64,000 nt of DNA from an uncultured bacterium (GCA_943787795.1 CALSNU010000004.1:320001-384000); one strand, 5' to 3'. Shown: positions 38,012 to 48,486, counted from the first letter of the stretch. Translations and numbers: made by a program. Notes: generated from the letters alone by a model not told the origin.

Positions 38012-39991
38012 TCAGCCTGGGTTCTTGGCTGGGACGTTCTCGTGCTGGGGCAACCGGATCGTGGCCCGCGCCCCAGGTCCGTCTGCGCGATTGCTAACGG
38101 AGACGGTCCCGCCGAGGTCCTCGACAATCCGCCGGACGATGGCGAGCCCGAGCCCGGTCCCGCTCGAGCGGGTGGTGAAGTAGGGCTCGAAGAGCCGTGA
38201 CTCCGCCTCGTCATCGATGCCCCGCCCCGAGTCGAGGACGGTGATATGAACCATCCCACCCTCGGCGTACACCTCGCCGCGGATGACTCCCCCCTCAACT
38301 GAAGCCTCGATCGCGTTGCTGACCAGGTTCACCAACGCTCGCTGCAGCTCGTCCGGGTCGGCCTCCACCATGAGCTTGCTCCCCAGGCTCACGTCCATGT
38401 CGAGGCGGACCCCGCCGTCCGAAGCCCAGGCCTCATTGAGGTCAAAGACCCCCGCGAGGGTCTCCCCCGGGTCGACCGGGACCGGATCCCTGTGCTCACC
38501 CGCAAAGGTGTAGAAGTCTCGCGCGATCTCCCGCATGTTTCCCACCTGTCGCTGGACGATCTCGATGGTTCGCTCGAGGATCGCAGGGAACTCCGGAGAG
38601 CCCTCATCGTGGGCCCGCTTCAGGAGCGAGGCCGAGAGCTGGATCGGCGTCAGGGGGTTCTTGATCTCGTGGGCCACCTGGCGGGCCATCTCACGCCAGG
38701 CCGCGTCCTTCTCCGCTTCGACGAGCTGGGCGCGGTTCTCCTTGAGCTCACGGGTCATGCGGTTGAAGGATCGAGCCAGGTCCGCCAGCTCGTCGTGCCC
38801 ATGGACCGTCACCTGGGCGTCGAGATCTCCGCTGGCCACCCGCCTCGTGAAGGCCTCGAGGTCCTGCACCGGGCGCGTCGTCCGCCGTGCGACCACGACG
38901 GTCACGAGGATGGCCAGGAGCAGCACGATCGCGCTCGCCTTGGCGATGGTCGCCGTGATCTCTGCCACGGGGCCATAGATGTCCGGATAGTCCACGCCGA
39001 CCCCGACGACCCAGCCCAGGCCCTGCGGACTCTGGCGCCTGGTCCGCCCCTGCTTGAAGGCCGCCTTCTTGCGAGTCCCAAGGTACTCGTAGTCCGGGAA
39101 CATCCCTGACCCGCTCGAACGACGGACCGCCTCTCCCATCACAGAGAGGTTCAAGCGTCGGCCAGAGACCCGCTCCCCGTAGAGGGACCGATTGGGGTGC
39201 GCGAGGATCGTGTCCGCATCCGACGCCCAGAGCCAGGCATAGCTCGAGTCATAGAGGTCTGCGGAGCGGGCGCCCGATGAAATCGCTCCAGCGCGCCGCA
39301 CTCCGTAGGTCTCAATCTCGCTCTGCACGATGGACCAGGGCACAAGCGTGACCACGGCCCCCAGGGGCTCTGCCTGCGGGCCGCTCCCCCGGACGGGCTC
39401 GGCGAACCCAAAGTGCCTCCCGACCTCCGGGCGCGCGGCCTCGTCCACGTCGTCCGCGAGCTGAAACCGAGTCTGGTCAAAGGTCACGGACTCTCCTGCC
39501 ATGACGGGTGCGAACCACGGCTGCTCAGACCACGGGAAGATCGAGAGCCGCTCCAGCACTGCCGGCTGGAGCATGACGCTGCTCGCGCCCTTCGAATTGG
39601 TCGCGACGACCTCGCCACCCCGGCCCAGCACGACCACGAACTCCGCGGCGCGGCCCTGGCGCACCAGGCGGTCGAGCAAGTAGAGAGACTCTTCTGGCCG
39701 GCCGGATCGGTCATCGGCGAGCTCGGCCACGTCGCGCTCGCTCGCGCGGAGCAGAGCCCTCTTCACGGTCGGCGCGGCGGCGAGGAGCACGGCGTCCTCC
39801 CGGCGCTCGTCCACGAGGCGGTCGAGGCGGTCCGACAGCTCCGCCGCGTGACCGAGCAGGTGATAGCGCACCACGTCGTCCGCGAAGCGCTCCGAGACGA
39901 AGTCGTGGACGTACCAGGCGAAGCCCAGGAACGGCATGACGACGACAGCGAGCACCGCGAGCACCCACTTGGTGGAGATCCGCCTGATCAT
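38012..39991 (-). CDS. Membrane sensor histidine kinase (Cache-like, HAMP, HisKA, HATPase; NtrY-like)
   Basis: AWREMARQVAHEIKNPLTPIQL, NLVSNA, DSGRG, FEPYFTT, GTGLGL. Confidence 0.93.
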   Translation of the reverse strand: MIRRISTKWVLAVLAVVVMPFLGFAWYVHDFVSERFADDVVRYHLLGHAAELSDRLDRLVDERREDAVLLAAAPTVKRALLRASERDVAELADDRSGRPEESLYLLDRLVRQGRAAEFVVVLGRGGEVVATNSKGASSVMLQPAVLERLSIFPWSEQPWFAPVMAGESVTFDQTRFQLADDVDEAARPEVGRHFGFAEPVRGSGPQAEPLGAVVTLVPWSIVQSEIETYGVRRAGAISSGARSADLYDSSYAWLWASDADTILAHPNRSLYGERVSGRRLNLSVMGEAVRRSSGSGMFPDYEYLGTRKKAAFKQGRTRRQSPQGLGWVVGVGVDYPDIYGPVAEITATIAKASAIVLLLAILVTVVVARRTTRPVQDLEAFTRRVASGDLDAQVTVHGHDELADLARSFNRMTRELKENRAQLVEAEKDAAWREMARQVAHEIKNPLTPIQLSASLLKRAHDEGSPEFPAILERTIEIVQRQVGNMREIARDFYTFAGEHRDPVPVDPGETLAGVFDLNEAWASDGGVRLDMDVSLGSKLMVEADPDELQRALVNLVSNAIEASVEGGVIRGEVYAEGGMVHITVLDSGRGIDDEAESRLFEPYFTTRSSGTGLGLAIVRRIVEDLGGTVSVSNRADGPGARATIRLPQHENVPAKNPG

Positions 39992-40078
39992 TGCCCCCAG
40001 TGTAGGGGGTCGTCCCCCGTCATCATTGCTCCCACTTGACATGCTGGGACATGGCACAACAACCTTCGTGCCGTCCCC

Positions 40079-41113
40079 ATGCCGCCCACCAGCTCCCCTG
40101 AACGCATCCTCGTGGTCCGGCTGTCCCACCTGGGGGACATCGCCCAGGCGATTCCGCTCGTCCACGCCCTCCGTGACCGTTGGCCGACCGCTGAGATCGG
40201 ATGGGCAGCCCAGCCAGAGTTCGCGGCCCTGATCGAGCCCCTCGCCACCGTCCTTCCTTTCGAGCGCGAGGGCGGGCTCCGCGCGTGGCTCGCGTTCCGG
40301 GCCGCGGCGCGGCGATTCAAGGCTGACCTCGTGATCGACGCTCAAGGGAACTGGAAGAGCGCCTTCGCCGCGTGGGTCGCTGCTCGAGGCTCGGGGCCTT
40401 GCCGCCGCGTGGGCTTCGCCCTGGAGCATTGGCAAGAACCCCTGGCGGCGCGCATCACGCGGCCACAGCTGGCTCCGCCCGCCGACGGCCCCCACCTCGT
40501 CCAGCGCGCCCTCGGACTCGCGCGCCATTTGACGGGCGTGGCCCCGCGCCCAAGGCTGGACCCCGAGCTCACGCCAGAGGAGCGAGAGGGCGGGGCCCAG
40601 CTCCTCCCAGGGGCGGGGCCAGCCGCCCCTGTCCTCCTGCACCCCGGGGTTCCCGGCGATCCACGTTCATGGCCCTCAGACGCCTTCCGGCAGCTCGCCG
40701 GCGAGCTGATCGAGCGCGGCTTTGAGGTCACCGTGATCACGGGTCCCAAGGAGCAAGCCGTCGGGCTCGAACTGGAGCGTGCGTTGCCCGAGGCCCACCA
40801 CGTGGTCGGCCAGCGCGGCCTCCGGCTCCTCGCCGCCGCGCTCGAAGCGGCCGCGCGCAGGGGCGGCTGCCTGGTCTCGGGGGACTCCGGTCCTGCCCAC
40901 GTCGCCGCATCCGTGGGGCTCCCCGTGGTCCTGATCGCAGGACCTGAGGACCCGGCCCGCACCGGCCCCTGGCCCACAGCCGCGCCCGCGGCGCCAGCCC
41001 GGACTCACCGCGTCCCCGGGCCTCGTTGGGAGGTTCGAGAGATCACGACGGTCACCGTCCCGGACGTCCGCGACGCGGTCCTTGAGCTGCTCACTCCCCG
41101 TCGAGCGCTCTGA
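40079..41113 (+). CDS. Glycosyltransferase family 9 (LPS heptosyltransferase)
   Basis: ILVVRLSHLGD, DAQGNWKSA, HPG, SGDSGPAHVA, RTGP. Confidence 0.9.
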   Translation: MPPTSSPERILVVRLSHLGDIAQAIPLVHALRDRWPTAEIGWAAQPEFAALIEPLATVLPFEREGGLRAWLAFRAAARRFKADLVIDAQGNWKSAFAAWVAARGSGPCRRVGFALEHWQEPLAARITRPQLAPPADGPHLVQRALGLARHLTGVAPRPRLDPELTPEEREGGAQLLPGAGPAAPVLLHPGVPGDPRSWPSDAFRQLAGELIERGFEVTVITGPKEQAVGLELERALPEAHHVVGQRGLRLLAAALEAAARRGGCLVSGDSGPAHVAASVGLPVVLIAGPEDPARTGPWPTAAPAAPARTHRVPGPRWEVREITTVTVPDVRDAVLELLTPRRAL

Positions 41114-42329
41114 TCTGATCGAGGATGTCCTCGTACTCCGGCCAGAACGTCTCGATCTGACGGAGCTTCTCGAGCTTGGCGGCCGGGGCCTCGGCCGCCT
41201 GCGCCTCGGTGTAAAGGCGGGCAGCCTCGGACACGTACGTCTCGAGCGCCTCCATGCGGGCGCGGGCGTCTTCGTAGAAGTCCCGACCGTCGAGGACCTC
41301 GCCGTAGAGCGCGATCGCCTCGCCGAAGAGGAAGTCGTGCTCCAGGTCCAGGGCGCGTTGATACAGCAGGTCCACTTGAGTTGAGCTGATCCGGCCTCGA
41401 GTCGCCTCGACCACGTCCGCCTGGAGGACCGTCCGCTCGCCAGCCTCGGAGATGAGGAGTTCGGCCTCATCGAACTCCGAACGGAGCACGAAGGACTCCG
41501 CCTCGCTCAACAGCGCCGCGACCTCTGCCTCCACCCGCATGGCCGCCAGGGCCTCGGCGATGGCCTCGGATCCGGGATCAAGGCGGTACGCCGCGGCGTA
41601 CTCGGCGCGCGCGGCGGCGTAGCGCCGATCCGCGACGAGCAGCTCGGCGTACTCGACCCGCCCTTGGGCCTTCTCCCGCCGCACCTCCGCGATGCGGCGC
41701 CGCGTCCGCTCCGATTCGGCGTCGTAGCGACGCGACTTCTCGAAGCTGTTCTCAGACTCGTTGAGCCGCTGCTCGGTCAGGTCTCGCACGCCGCTGAAGT
41801 AGTAGTCCTTGGCGAGCCCCGCCCGATAGTCCTCCAGCAGCTGGACTCGCGCCAGTCCGGCCGGCGCGAGGGTGTGATCTGGCTCGAACTCCATGGCGCG
41901 CTCGTAGGCGAGACGCGCCGCCTCGAATTGGCCGGTGGCCATGGCGCCACGGGCGACCTCGAACCAAAGGTCCGCTTGCTTGCGCTGAATGAGGCGCCGC
42001 CAAGCTTCCAGCATCGGCTCCCCGGGGAACCGCTCCTCCAGCTCGCTGAGGACGACGAGCGCCTCGTCGTCCTGATCCGCGAAGGACAGGGACCTCACGA
42101 CATCGAGGCCCGAGGCGATCGACACCTCGACGGCTGCCCGGTTCAACTGGTCCTGCAGGGGGCTGTCCGCGGGGATCTGAGCCTGCGCGGCCTCAGCGGC
42201 TCGAGCGGCGGCCTGGTAGTCGCCGCTCCTCGTCAGGATCTGGACCTCGAGCAGGAGCTGCTCGTCGGTCGAATTGGAGCTCGCGCAGGCGCTGAGGAGG
42301 AGGGCCGCGGCGGTGAGGGGACGGGTCAT
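41091..42329 (-). CDS. TPR-repeat lipoprotein
   Basis: Lipobox LSAC; repeated helical TPR-like motifs. Confidence 0.8.
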   Translation of the reverse strand: MTRPLTAAALLLSACASSNSTDEQLLLEVQILTRSGDYQAAARAAEAAQAQIPADSPLQDQLNRAAVEVSIASGLDVVRSLSFADQDDEALVVLSELEERFPGEPMLEAWRRLIQRKQADLWFEVARGAMATGQFEAARLAYERAMEFEPDHTLAPAGLARVQLLEDYRAGLAKDYYFSGVRDLTEQRLNESENSFEKSRRYDAESERTRRRIAEVRREKAQGRVEYAELLVADRRYAAARAEYAAAYRLDPGSEAIAEALAAMRVEAEVAALLSEAESFVLRSEFDEAELLISEAGERTVLQADVVEATRGRISSTQVDLLYQRALDLEHDFLFGEAIALYGEVLDGRDFYEDARARMEALETYVSEAARLYTEAQAAEAPAAKLEKLRQIETFWPEYEDILDQIRALDGE

Positions 42330-42427
42330 GTGGGTCCGGGACGAACAGGCCCACCGGATCTTCCCCGGGAGCACAGAAATGGGACCTGAGGGCAAGGCGA
42401 GCCCCCAGGAGCCGGCGCGGGACCGGC

Positions 42428-43600
42428 TTAGCTTCGCAGGGAATCGTAGAGCATGATCCCGAGACTCCCGAAGACCAGAACGGGGATCCATGCCGAGAGC
42501 AGCGGAGATAACTGACCTTTGACCCCCAGCGTGCGGAAGACGAAGTCGGCGGAGTAATAGAACACGCACAGGAGCCCCCCCAGGGCGATCCGGTCCGTAC
42601 TGCGTCCCCGCTCGTAGTTGAACATCAGCGGGATCCCCACCAAGAGGAGCAGCAGGTTCGCCAGCGGAAAGGTCAGGTGGTAGTGCCAGAGGGTCTGGTA
42701 CGAGTTGTCGTCGGGGTCCCGCGCCATGAGCTCCCGGACCTCGGAGAAGGAGAGCTCCAGGGGGGCCTCCTTCGCCCGCCGATAGGTGAGCGCCAGCTCG
42801 GGCGTGAACGCATACCCCTCGAGCGTGTCCACCGCCTCGTCCTGCGAGGCCCCGTCGCCGTCGGGGTCAATGGTCGCTCGCACCCCGCCCTCGAGGTCCC
42901 ACCCCGACCCGTTCCAGATGGCGCGGTCCGCGTCAACGCGGACGTACCGCCCCGAGCCCATCTGACCCGACGTCCGCCGGATCGCGGTGAGCCGCTCGAC
43001 CCGGGGCGGGCTCCCATCAGCCGGACTTGGGACAAACTCATTCAGGAAGACGAGGCTCCCCGAGTCCTCGATCACGGCCACGTCTTCGTAGTGCTCCTCG
43101 AAGCGGTGTTCGACGAGGACGTCCCGCGCCGCGTCCCGGTCCCTGGCGATCCCGAGCCCCACCGCCTCACGCAGGAAGAACATCCCCACCGCGAGCAGGA
43201 GGCCAGCCAGGAAGACCGGCAGCAGCATCCTCCGCGCGCTGATCCCCGCGCCGAGCACGGCCGTCACCTCGCGCGCCTTGAGCAGCTTGGCCACGGTGAA
43301 CATCCCCGCGAGCAGCGTGATGAAGGGCGCGACCTGGAGGAACAGGTAGGGCAGATTCAGCCCGTAGTAGACCGCGAGGACCGAGCCCGGAGCGCTGGAT
43401 CCGTCCTCCCAGCTCTCCAGGTAGTCGTCCAGGTTCGACGCCATGTCGATGACCATGAACAGCCCCGTCATGAGCAGCATGGCCAGCAGGTAAGACCTGA
43501 AGAAGTGGGACGCCACGTACCGGTCGAGCCGACACCCCAGGCGCAACCGGCGCGCGGACATCCGGCTGCGGCCGGCGGGCTTCTTGGGACTCGCGCTCAT
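42428..43600 (-). CDS. lptG: LPS export permease LptG-like
   Basis: LDRYV, EVTAVLGAGIS, PLELSFSE, LSAWIP; 3+3 TM layout. Confidence 0.85.
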   Translation of the reverse strand: MSASPKKPAGRSRMSARRLRLGCRLDRYVASHFFRSYLLAMLLMTGLFMVIDMASNLDDYLESWEDGSSAPGSVLAVYYGLNLPYLFLQVAPFITLLAGMFTVAKLLKAREVTAVLGAGISARRMLLPVFLAGLLLAVGMFFLREAVGLGIARDRDAARDVLVEHRFEEHYEDVAVIEDSGSLVFLNEFVPSPADGSPPRVERLTAIRRTSGQMGSGRYVRVDADRAIWNGSGWDLEGGVRATIDPDGDGASQDEAVDTLEGYAFTPELALTYRRAKEAPLELSFSEVRELMARDPDDNSYQTLWHYHLTFPLANLLLLLVGIPLMFNYERGRSTDRIALGGLLCVFYYSADFVFRTLGVKGQLSPLLSAWIPVLVFGSLGIMLYDSLRS

Positions 43601-44673
43601 CGCCGTATGGCCCTCCGTATCAAGGCGACGGCGATCGCGCCGCCGACGATGGTCGTGAGCCACGCGCCCAGCCAAGGCGGGAGATCCGAGGACTGACCGA
43701 GCTCCTTGCCTAGCCGCATGTTCAGCACGTAGTAGAGGATGCCGTAACCCGCCGAGACCGCGAGGGCACCAAGCTGCGTGCCCCTCCGCATGAGGAGTCC
43801 CGTCGAAGCACCGAGCAGCAGGAAGAGGAAGTAGATGGCGAACATGGTCGCGCGGTAGTGGAGCATGAACCGGTACTCCCGCACGCGCTCCGGCTGCACC
43901 TCACCGGTGTCGAGGCGGCGCCTGATCTCCGAAGAGACGAGGTACTTCGCGCGCTGGTAGCTCTGCTCCTTGCGCTCCACGCGCCCCGCAAGGTTGATCT
44001 GTGCCTCGAACTCCTCGGACCGCCGATCCACCTTGCTCTCGGGGTCGAAGAGCTCGAAGTCGTACGCCTTGAAGTGCAGGAAGTCGCCGTCGATCCACAG
44101 GTCGACCGCGCCGGCGAAGGCATCCATGAGGCGTCGCTCGTCCTCATCCTCGTCGAGGTAGCGGATGTAGGCGTTGTAGAACGTCCCGTCCTCCCGGGCC
44201 CCCGCCTTCAGGAGGAAGTCGCCGATCTGGAGGCTCGTGCGACCTGGCTGGAGGTTCTCGACCACGGAGGCCGTGGCGTCGACCATGAAGCGCTTCTGGC
44301 GCTTCTTCAGCTGCGGCAGCTCGTTGGAGACCATCCAGAAGGTAAGGAGCCCCAGGAGGCCCGCCAAGATCGCCGGCGAGACCAGGGTCTTGAGGGGATG
44401 AATGCCCGCCATGTGGATCCCGATCCACTCCTTGTCCGCGGCCAGCCTCCCGAAGACCGCCACCGTGCTCAGCATGAAGCACAGAGGGAGGACGTAGGGG
44501 GCCAGAGACTGCAGCACGATGGGCAGGAACCGGAGCAGGATGCCCGCGTCCACGTTGGGGAGCTTGTGGACGGTGTTCACCGCGATCCCAGGCAACGCGA
44601 CGAAGAGCAGCGCGGCGACGGCGAAGACGAACGCGACGAGGAGCTGCCGGAGGATGTAGGTGTGGAGCTTCAA
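43597..44673 (-). CDS. lptF: LPS export permease LptF-like
   Basis: TTG start LKLHTYILRQL, GRLAADKE..MAGI, GAWLT; tandem with lptG. Confidence 0.85.
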   Translation of the reverse strand: MKLHTYILRQLLVAFVFAVAALLFVALPGIAVNTVHKLPNVDAGILLRFLPIVLQSLAPYVLPLCFMLSTVAVFGRLAADKEWIGIHMAGIHPLKTLVSPAILAGLLGLLTFWMVSNELPQLKKRQKRFMVDATASVVENLQPGRTSLQIGDFLLKAGAREDGTFYNAYIRYLDEDEDERRLMDAFAGAVDLWIDGDFLHFKAYDFELFDPESKVDRRSEEFEAQINLAGRVERKEQSYQRAKYLVSSEIRRRLDTGEVQPERVREYRFMLHYRATMFAIYFLFLLLGASTGLLMRRGTQLGALAVSAGYGILYYVLNMRLGKELGQSSDLPPWLGAWLTTIVGGAIAVALIRRAIRR

Positions 44674-44894
44674 GGTCTCGTCCCTGGGTGCCCCCGGACG
44701 GCCTGCGCTGAACCCGGGCGGCGGAGTGTAGCGGGCCGGGCCCCCGAGTTCCCCAGGGACCACGGCTCCACAGGCCCAGTCCCGTAGACTCCAGGGGCTC
44801 CGCGGGCCTGGCCGGCCCCACCGAAGTCCGGTGAGAGCCCCAAGAGCCCGTGACCCCAGATCGATCCGACTCCACGCCCGGGTCGCCCCCGACC

Positions 44895-46184
44895 ATGCGC
44901 AGCGAGGACCTGAAGTCAAACTTCAAGCGGACGGTCCGACTCGACCTGGCGGGCGACGGCTCCGCCTCGCTCTCCAAGCACTTCCACGCGCCTGGCCTCG
45001 GGCGGCTGCGCGACGGCTGGCGCGCACGCTCCGAGGCCTCTGCCCTGCGTGAGGCCGCGCGCCGGGGGCTGCCGGTCCCAGAGGTCCTGGCGCTCGAGCG
45101 CAATGGGCCATCCTGGATACTCCGCCTCCGGTGGATTCAAGGTGCCCGCCCCCTGGGAGATCACTTGGCTGCGCTGAAAGGCCTCCGCGAACTGGCGACC
45201 GAGCGATCCGCTCCTCAGACCGTGGCAGGACCCACAGCGACAGGACAGGCCGAGGCCCAGCCGGCGGAACTCACGGCACCGGAGTTCACCCCAGCAGAGT
45301 CCTCCGCCACAGAGTCCTCCGCCACAGAGTCCTCCGCCACAGAGTCCTCCGCCACAGAGTCCTCCGCCACAGAGTCCTCCGCAGCAGCCGCTGCGCCTGT
45401 GGGAGCGAGGGCACCCGGCCCGTGCCCGATCTCCGCCCCTGCGCTGGCTCGATCTGTGGGTCGGCTGCTCGCCATCGTCGAGGCCGCCGGGCTGCGGTAT
45501 CCCGACCCCCACCCGCACAACGTGCTGGTCGATGGGGAGGGCGCCCTGTGGCTCGTTGACCTCGCAAGAACACGGTTCGCTCCCCATACACCGGCCAGCT
45601 TCGAGCGCACCCTGATCCTCGCCTGCGCGCGGCTACGCGACCTCAGCACGCCGGCCTTCAGGGCGCTGGTCTTTCGCGCGTACCTGGGTGCCCGCCCCGC
45701 TCTCCACCGCGCCCCCGACCCCCTGGAGATCGAACGGAGGGCCACGATCCGGCAGCGCCGGGACGTCAACCGAAGGGTGAACGTTTGGCGCCGGAACAGC
45801 TCCGCGACGATCGTCGAGCGGGACCCGGAGCAGGTCGTGAGGGCCCGGCACGTGGGCGACGGGCCCGCTGCCGGCTGGCGCACCGAGCGCGTCAACTGCT
45901 CACGGAGGGAAGCTGACGCGATATGGGCTCACCTCGTGCGGGCCGAGCTGCATCGGCTGCCGAGCGCCCGGCCCCGTCGGTTGGCCCTGGCTCCGCCTTA
46001 CTTCGTTGAGTTTGACGTTCCAGTGGCGAGCGACGCGGTCCTCGGGTCCGCGGCACGCGCGGCCCTCGAGGCACGGCTCGCGGACCGGGGCCTCGAGCTT
46101 GTCGGCTCCCCCCTCTCCACCGATGGCGGCGTCGCGATCATCCCCCCCCTCGGCCACCTCCGGAACAAGAGGCTCCCATCGTGA
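44895..46184 (+). CDS. LPS kinase (Kdo/WaaP/InaA family) with repeat insertion
   Basis: RARSEA..L, GLPVPEVL, YPDPHPHNVLV, LVDL. Confidence 0.75.
   Translation: MRSEDLKSNFKRTVRLDLAGDGSASLSKHFHAPGLGRLRDGWRARSEASALREAARRGLPVPEVLALERNGPSWILRLRWIQGARPLGDHLAALKGLRELATERSAPQTVAGPTATGQAEAQPAELTAPEFTPAESSATESSATESSATESSATESSATESSAAAAAPVGARAPGPCPISAPALARSVGRLLAIVEAAGLRYPDPHPHNVLVDGEGALWLVDLARTRFAPHTPASFERTLILACARLRDLSTPAFRALVFRAYLGARPALHRAPDPLEIERRATIRQRRDVNRRVNVWRRNSSATIVERDPEQVVRARHVGDGPAAGWRTERVNCSRREADAIWAHLVRAELHRLPSARPRRLALAPPYFVEFDVPVASDAVLGSAARAALEARLADRGLELVGSPLSTDGGVAIIPPLGHLRNKRLPS
45295..45383. repeat. In-frame 15-nt tandem repeat x6 (TESSA)
   Basis: CAGAGTCCTCCGCCA units, near perfect. 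Confidence 0.95.
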
Positions 46185-47131
46185 CCTCCGGAGGCCCCAA
46201 CCACCCCGAACCCCTCCGTCGCCGAGCGCGCGCCGCCGGGCTACGCGCGCTGGCTCGCGCCGCGGGCGCAGCGCCCCCGTCGGTCGTTCAGGCATGCCTG
46301 GGCCAGGTGGCGCCCCTCGCCCTGCGCCGAAGGCAGCACGAGGCGGTGGATCAAAACCTCACCGCAGCCGCCGCGTGGCTGGACGGGCTGGAGCCAGGAC
46401 TGGGCCGTCGGCTCGCCAGCGATCCAGCGTCCCTGACGCGCCAATGTGGGCGCTTTGCTGCGGAGCAATTCGCCCACTGGATTCGCCTGGCCCGAGGGGC
46501 CGGACCCGGGGACCCACGAGGCGAGTGGGTCGATGAGCTCGTCCACCTTGACGAGTCCATCGAGATCCTCGACCGCACCCTCGCCGGGGGACGTGGCGCG
46601 ATCATCGTGACCGCCCACCTGGGCGATTGGGAGCTCCTGTGCGCGCGGCTTCGCCGCCGAGGCCACGAAGGAGCTGTGGTCGGGAGGGTCCGCCGGCGAG
46701 ACTCCAGTCACCGCTGGCTCGTGGACATGCGCCGGGCGTACGGGGTCGAGACGATCCCCCAGGACGCCGGGGCCAGAGAAGCCCTGGGCGTCCTCAAGCG
46801 CGGCGGGGTCCTCGGGCTCTTGACCGACCTGCACGTCCCGCGCCTCGACAATCGCCAGGTCCCCTTCCTCGGCGCCCCCGCCCCCACGATGACGGCGCCT
46901 GCGAGCTTCGCCCGAGCCTGGCGGGCCCCCCTCGTTCCGGTGCGTTGCGTTCGAACCGGCAGCCGCTACGCCCTCTCGGTCGAAGAGCCGCTGGAGCTCC
47001 GAAGAGACCTCGGTCGAAAGGACGCCGAGCTGGACCTGCTCCGCCGACAGAACGAAGTCTTCGGTCGGTGGATTGCCGCGACGCCTGAGCAGTGGGCGTG
47101 GTACCTACCGCGCTTCTCCGCTCCCGGTTGA
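46181..47131 (+). CDS. Lipid A late acyltransferase (LpxL/HtrB family)
   Basis: TAHLGDWE, LGLLTD, VPFLG, PEQWAW. Confidence 0.88.
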   Translation: MTSGGPNHPEPLRRRARAAGLRALARAAGAAPPSVVQACLGQVAPLALRRRQHEAVDQNLTAAAAWLDGLEPGLGRRLASDPASLTRQCGRFAAEQFAHWIRLARGAGPGDPRGEWVDELVHLDESIEILDRTLAGGRGAIIVTAHLGDWELLCARLRRRGHEGAVVGRVRRRDSSHRWLVDMRRAYGVETIPQDAGAREALGVLKRGGVLGLLTDLHVPRLDNRQVPFLGAPAPTMTAPASFARAWRAPLVPVRCVRTGSRYALSVEEPLELRRDLGRKDAELDLLRRQNEVFGRWIAATPEQWAWYLPRFSAPG

Positions 47132-47575
47132 TCAGCAGCTCCGCTCGTCCACCGGCGGACGTGTATCCCGCTCCGGCCCCGAGCCGAGGGTGATTCGGCC
47201 CAGGTGCTTGATATTGCCGCAGGCGTCGGATGCGCCGGGGATGAAGAGCCTGAATGGCCCACCGCGCGCCTCGACCAGCAGCCCCTCAGCGTCCGCATGC
47301 ACGACGATCGCGGACTCGAGATCGCCGAGCTTGAGGCTCGCCGCGAAGGCGCCGTCCATCGACTCGAGACACGCCCAGCCTGCGCTGCGGCCCGGGTGCG
47401 CCTCTCCCACCAGCCAGCGCAGGAAGACGCCCCGGCCTTGCCGGCCCGGGACGAGCTCCGAGAGGTCATCCACGCGCGCGCTCGCTGGCGCTCGGTCCAG
47501 GTCTGCCTGCTCCCAGCGATGCCGACCGCTCGGCCCCACGTCCCCGAAGATCTGAAGCTCGTCCATGCCCCCCAT
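47132..47575 (-). CDS. Small molybdopterin-oxidoreductase-like domain protein
   Basis: GVFLRWL, SMDGAFAASL, GGPFRLFIPG..CGNIKHLGRI resembles the Oxidored_molyb GGPLRLVVP..K.L pattern. Confidence 0.65.
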   Translation of the reverse strand: MGGMDELQIFGDVGPSGRHRWEQADLDRAPASARVDDLSELVPGRQGRGVFLRWLVGEAHPGRSAGWACLESMDGAFAASLKLGDLESAIVVHADAEGLLVEARGGPFRLFIPGASDACGNIKHLGRITLGSGPERDTRPPVDERSC

Positions 47576-47594
47576 GGTAGGGCGGCGATCAGGC

Positions 47595-48023
47595 TCACGC
47601 AGGACCGACCAGGCGCCGCGCGGCCTCGGCCAGATAGAGGGTCAGCCCGGGGACATGCTCCCAGAGGACCGCCACCCGCGACCCCGCACCCAGCGGCTCA
47701 ATGCCGATCCGAACCGATCGATCGTCGACCTCAAGCACGGCGTGCGGAACCGCCACGAGCTCGCGGCTCGACCACTCGGCGATCAACTCCCGGCGGGTCT
47801 CGTGGTCAGAGTATTGGAGCGCGACCTTGAGGATCTCGGAGAGCCGGTGCGCAATCACCGGCGTCAGGGCGACCTGAACGGGCATCTCGTCGAGAGCTCC
47901 GCACGCGACCGAGCCCGTGGTGAGGAAGACCAGGCCCCCCGTCTCCCCGATCACGGCGTCGGTGGCGACCCGGTGCGGGAACGCCTCGACGAGGGCGAGC
48001 GACCTGTTGGGCTGGGTATCCAT
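47595..48023 (-). CDS. Hypothetical protein
   Basis: 142-aa ORF with globular composition, co-oriented with the downstream gene. Confidence 0.55.
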   Translation of the reverse strand: MDTQPNRSLALVEAFPHRVATDAVIGETGGLVFLTTGSVACGALDEMPVQVALTPVIAHRLSEILKVALQYSDHETRRELIAEWSSRELVAVPHAVLEVDDRSVRIGIEPLGAGSRVAVLWEHVPGLTLYLAEAARRLVGPA

Positions 48024-48239
48024 ACCCGTTAGAGATCGGCTCTCGGAGCCTCCGGACTTAGCTCACAGACGCACGGACCGCCCCCTCGCCTCGGATCGAG
48101 ACTCCCTGCCGCTTTGCCCGCGGCGGACAGGCCCCTGGGCACGTCCAGCTTCGCGAGCGACGGAGATTAATCCGGTCGCGGGCTTGACGACCATTGGGCG
48201 GTAGCGCCAAGTCAGTGCGTTCCTTTTACAAATTCAGCC

Positions 48240-48486
48240 AAGGCAGCGGTGCTCCTCCAGCAAGGAGGAGTGAAACGGGAAGTACGGCGGACCCCTCCAG
48301 GGTCCATGACCGACGCGGCCCCCGCCACTGTAGACACGCCTCGGCCATCGCGATGAACCACTGACCCTGAGCGCTCCGCGCTCACCAAGGGATCGGGAAG
48401 GTGCGACGGCCACGGACGCCCTGCGTTCCCCTCCCGGGGGACCCAGGAAACCCTGACGTGCCAGCCAGGAGACCGGCCACTGCCTT
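48240..48486 (+). promoter_or_regulatory. Cobalamin riboswitch
   Basis: CGGTGC..AAACGGGAAG, GCGGCCCCCGCCACTGTA, CCACTG..GGGAAGG B12 box, AGCCAGGAGACCGGCC; AAGGCAG/CTGCCTT closes P1. Confidence 0.95.

Noticed and set aside
39992..40642. N-terminal extensions in the track for the kinase (also ctaB, hpt, lptF, subtilase)
   Set aside because: They overlap neighbouring genes or precede the conserved N terminus; downstream starts were chosen.
47105..47140. C-terminal Cys-UGA readthrough in the 47132..47575 ORF
   Set aside because: Readthrough would run into the convergent acyltransferase gene, and no redox motif supports it.
48181..48230. tRNA-like start or sigma70 promoter before the riboswitch
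   Set aside because: No cloverleaf or T-loop; TTGACG is present but no convincing -10 at the right spacing.
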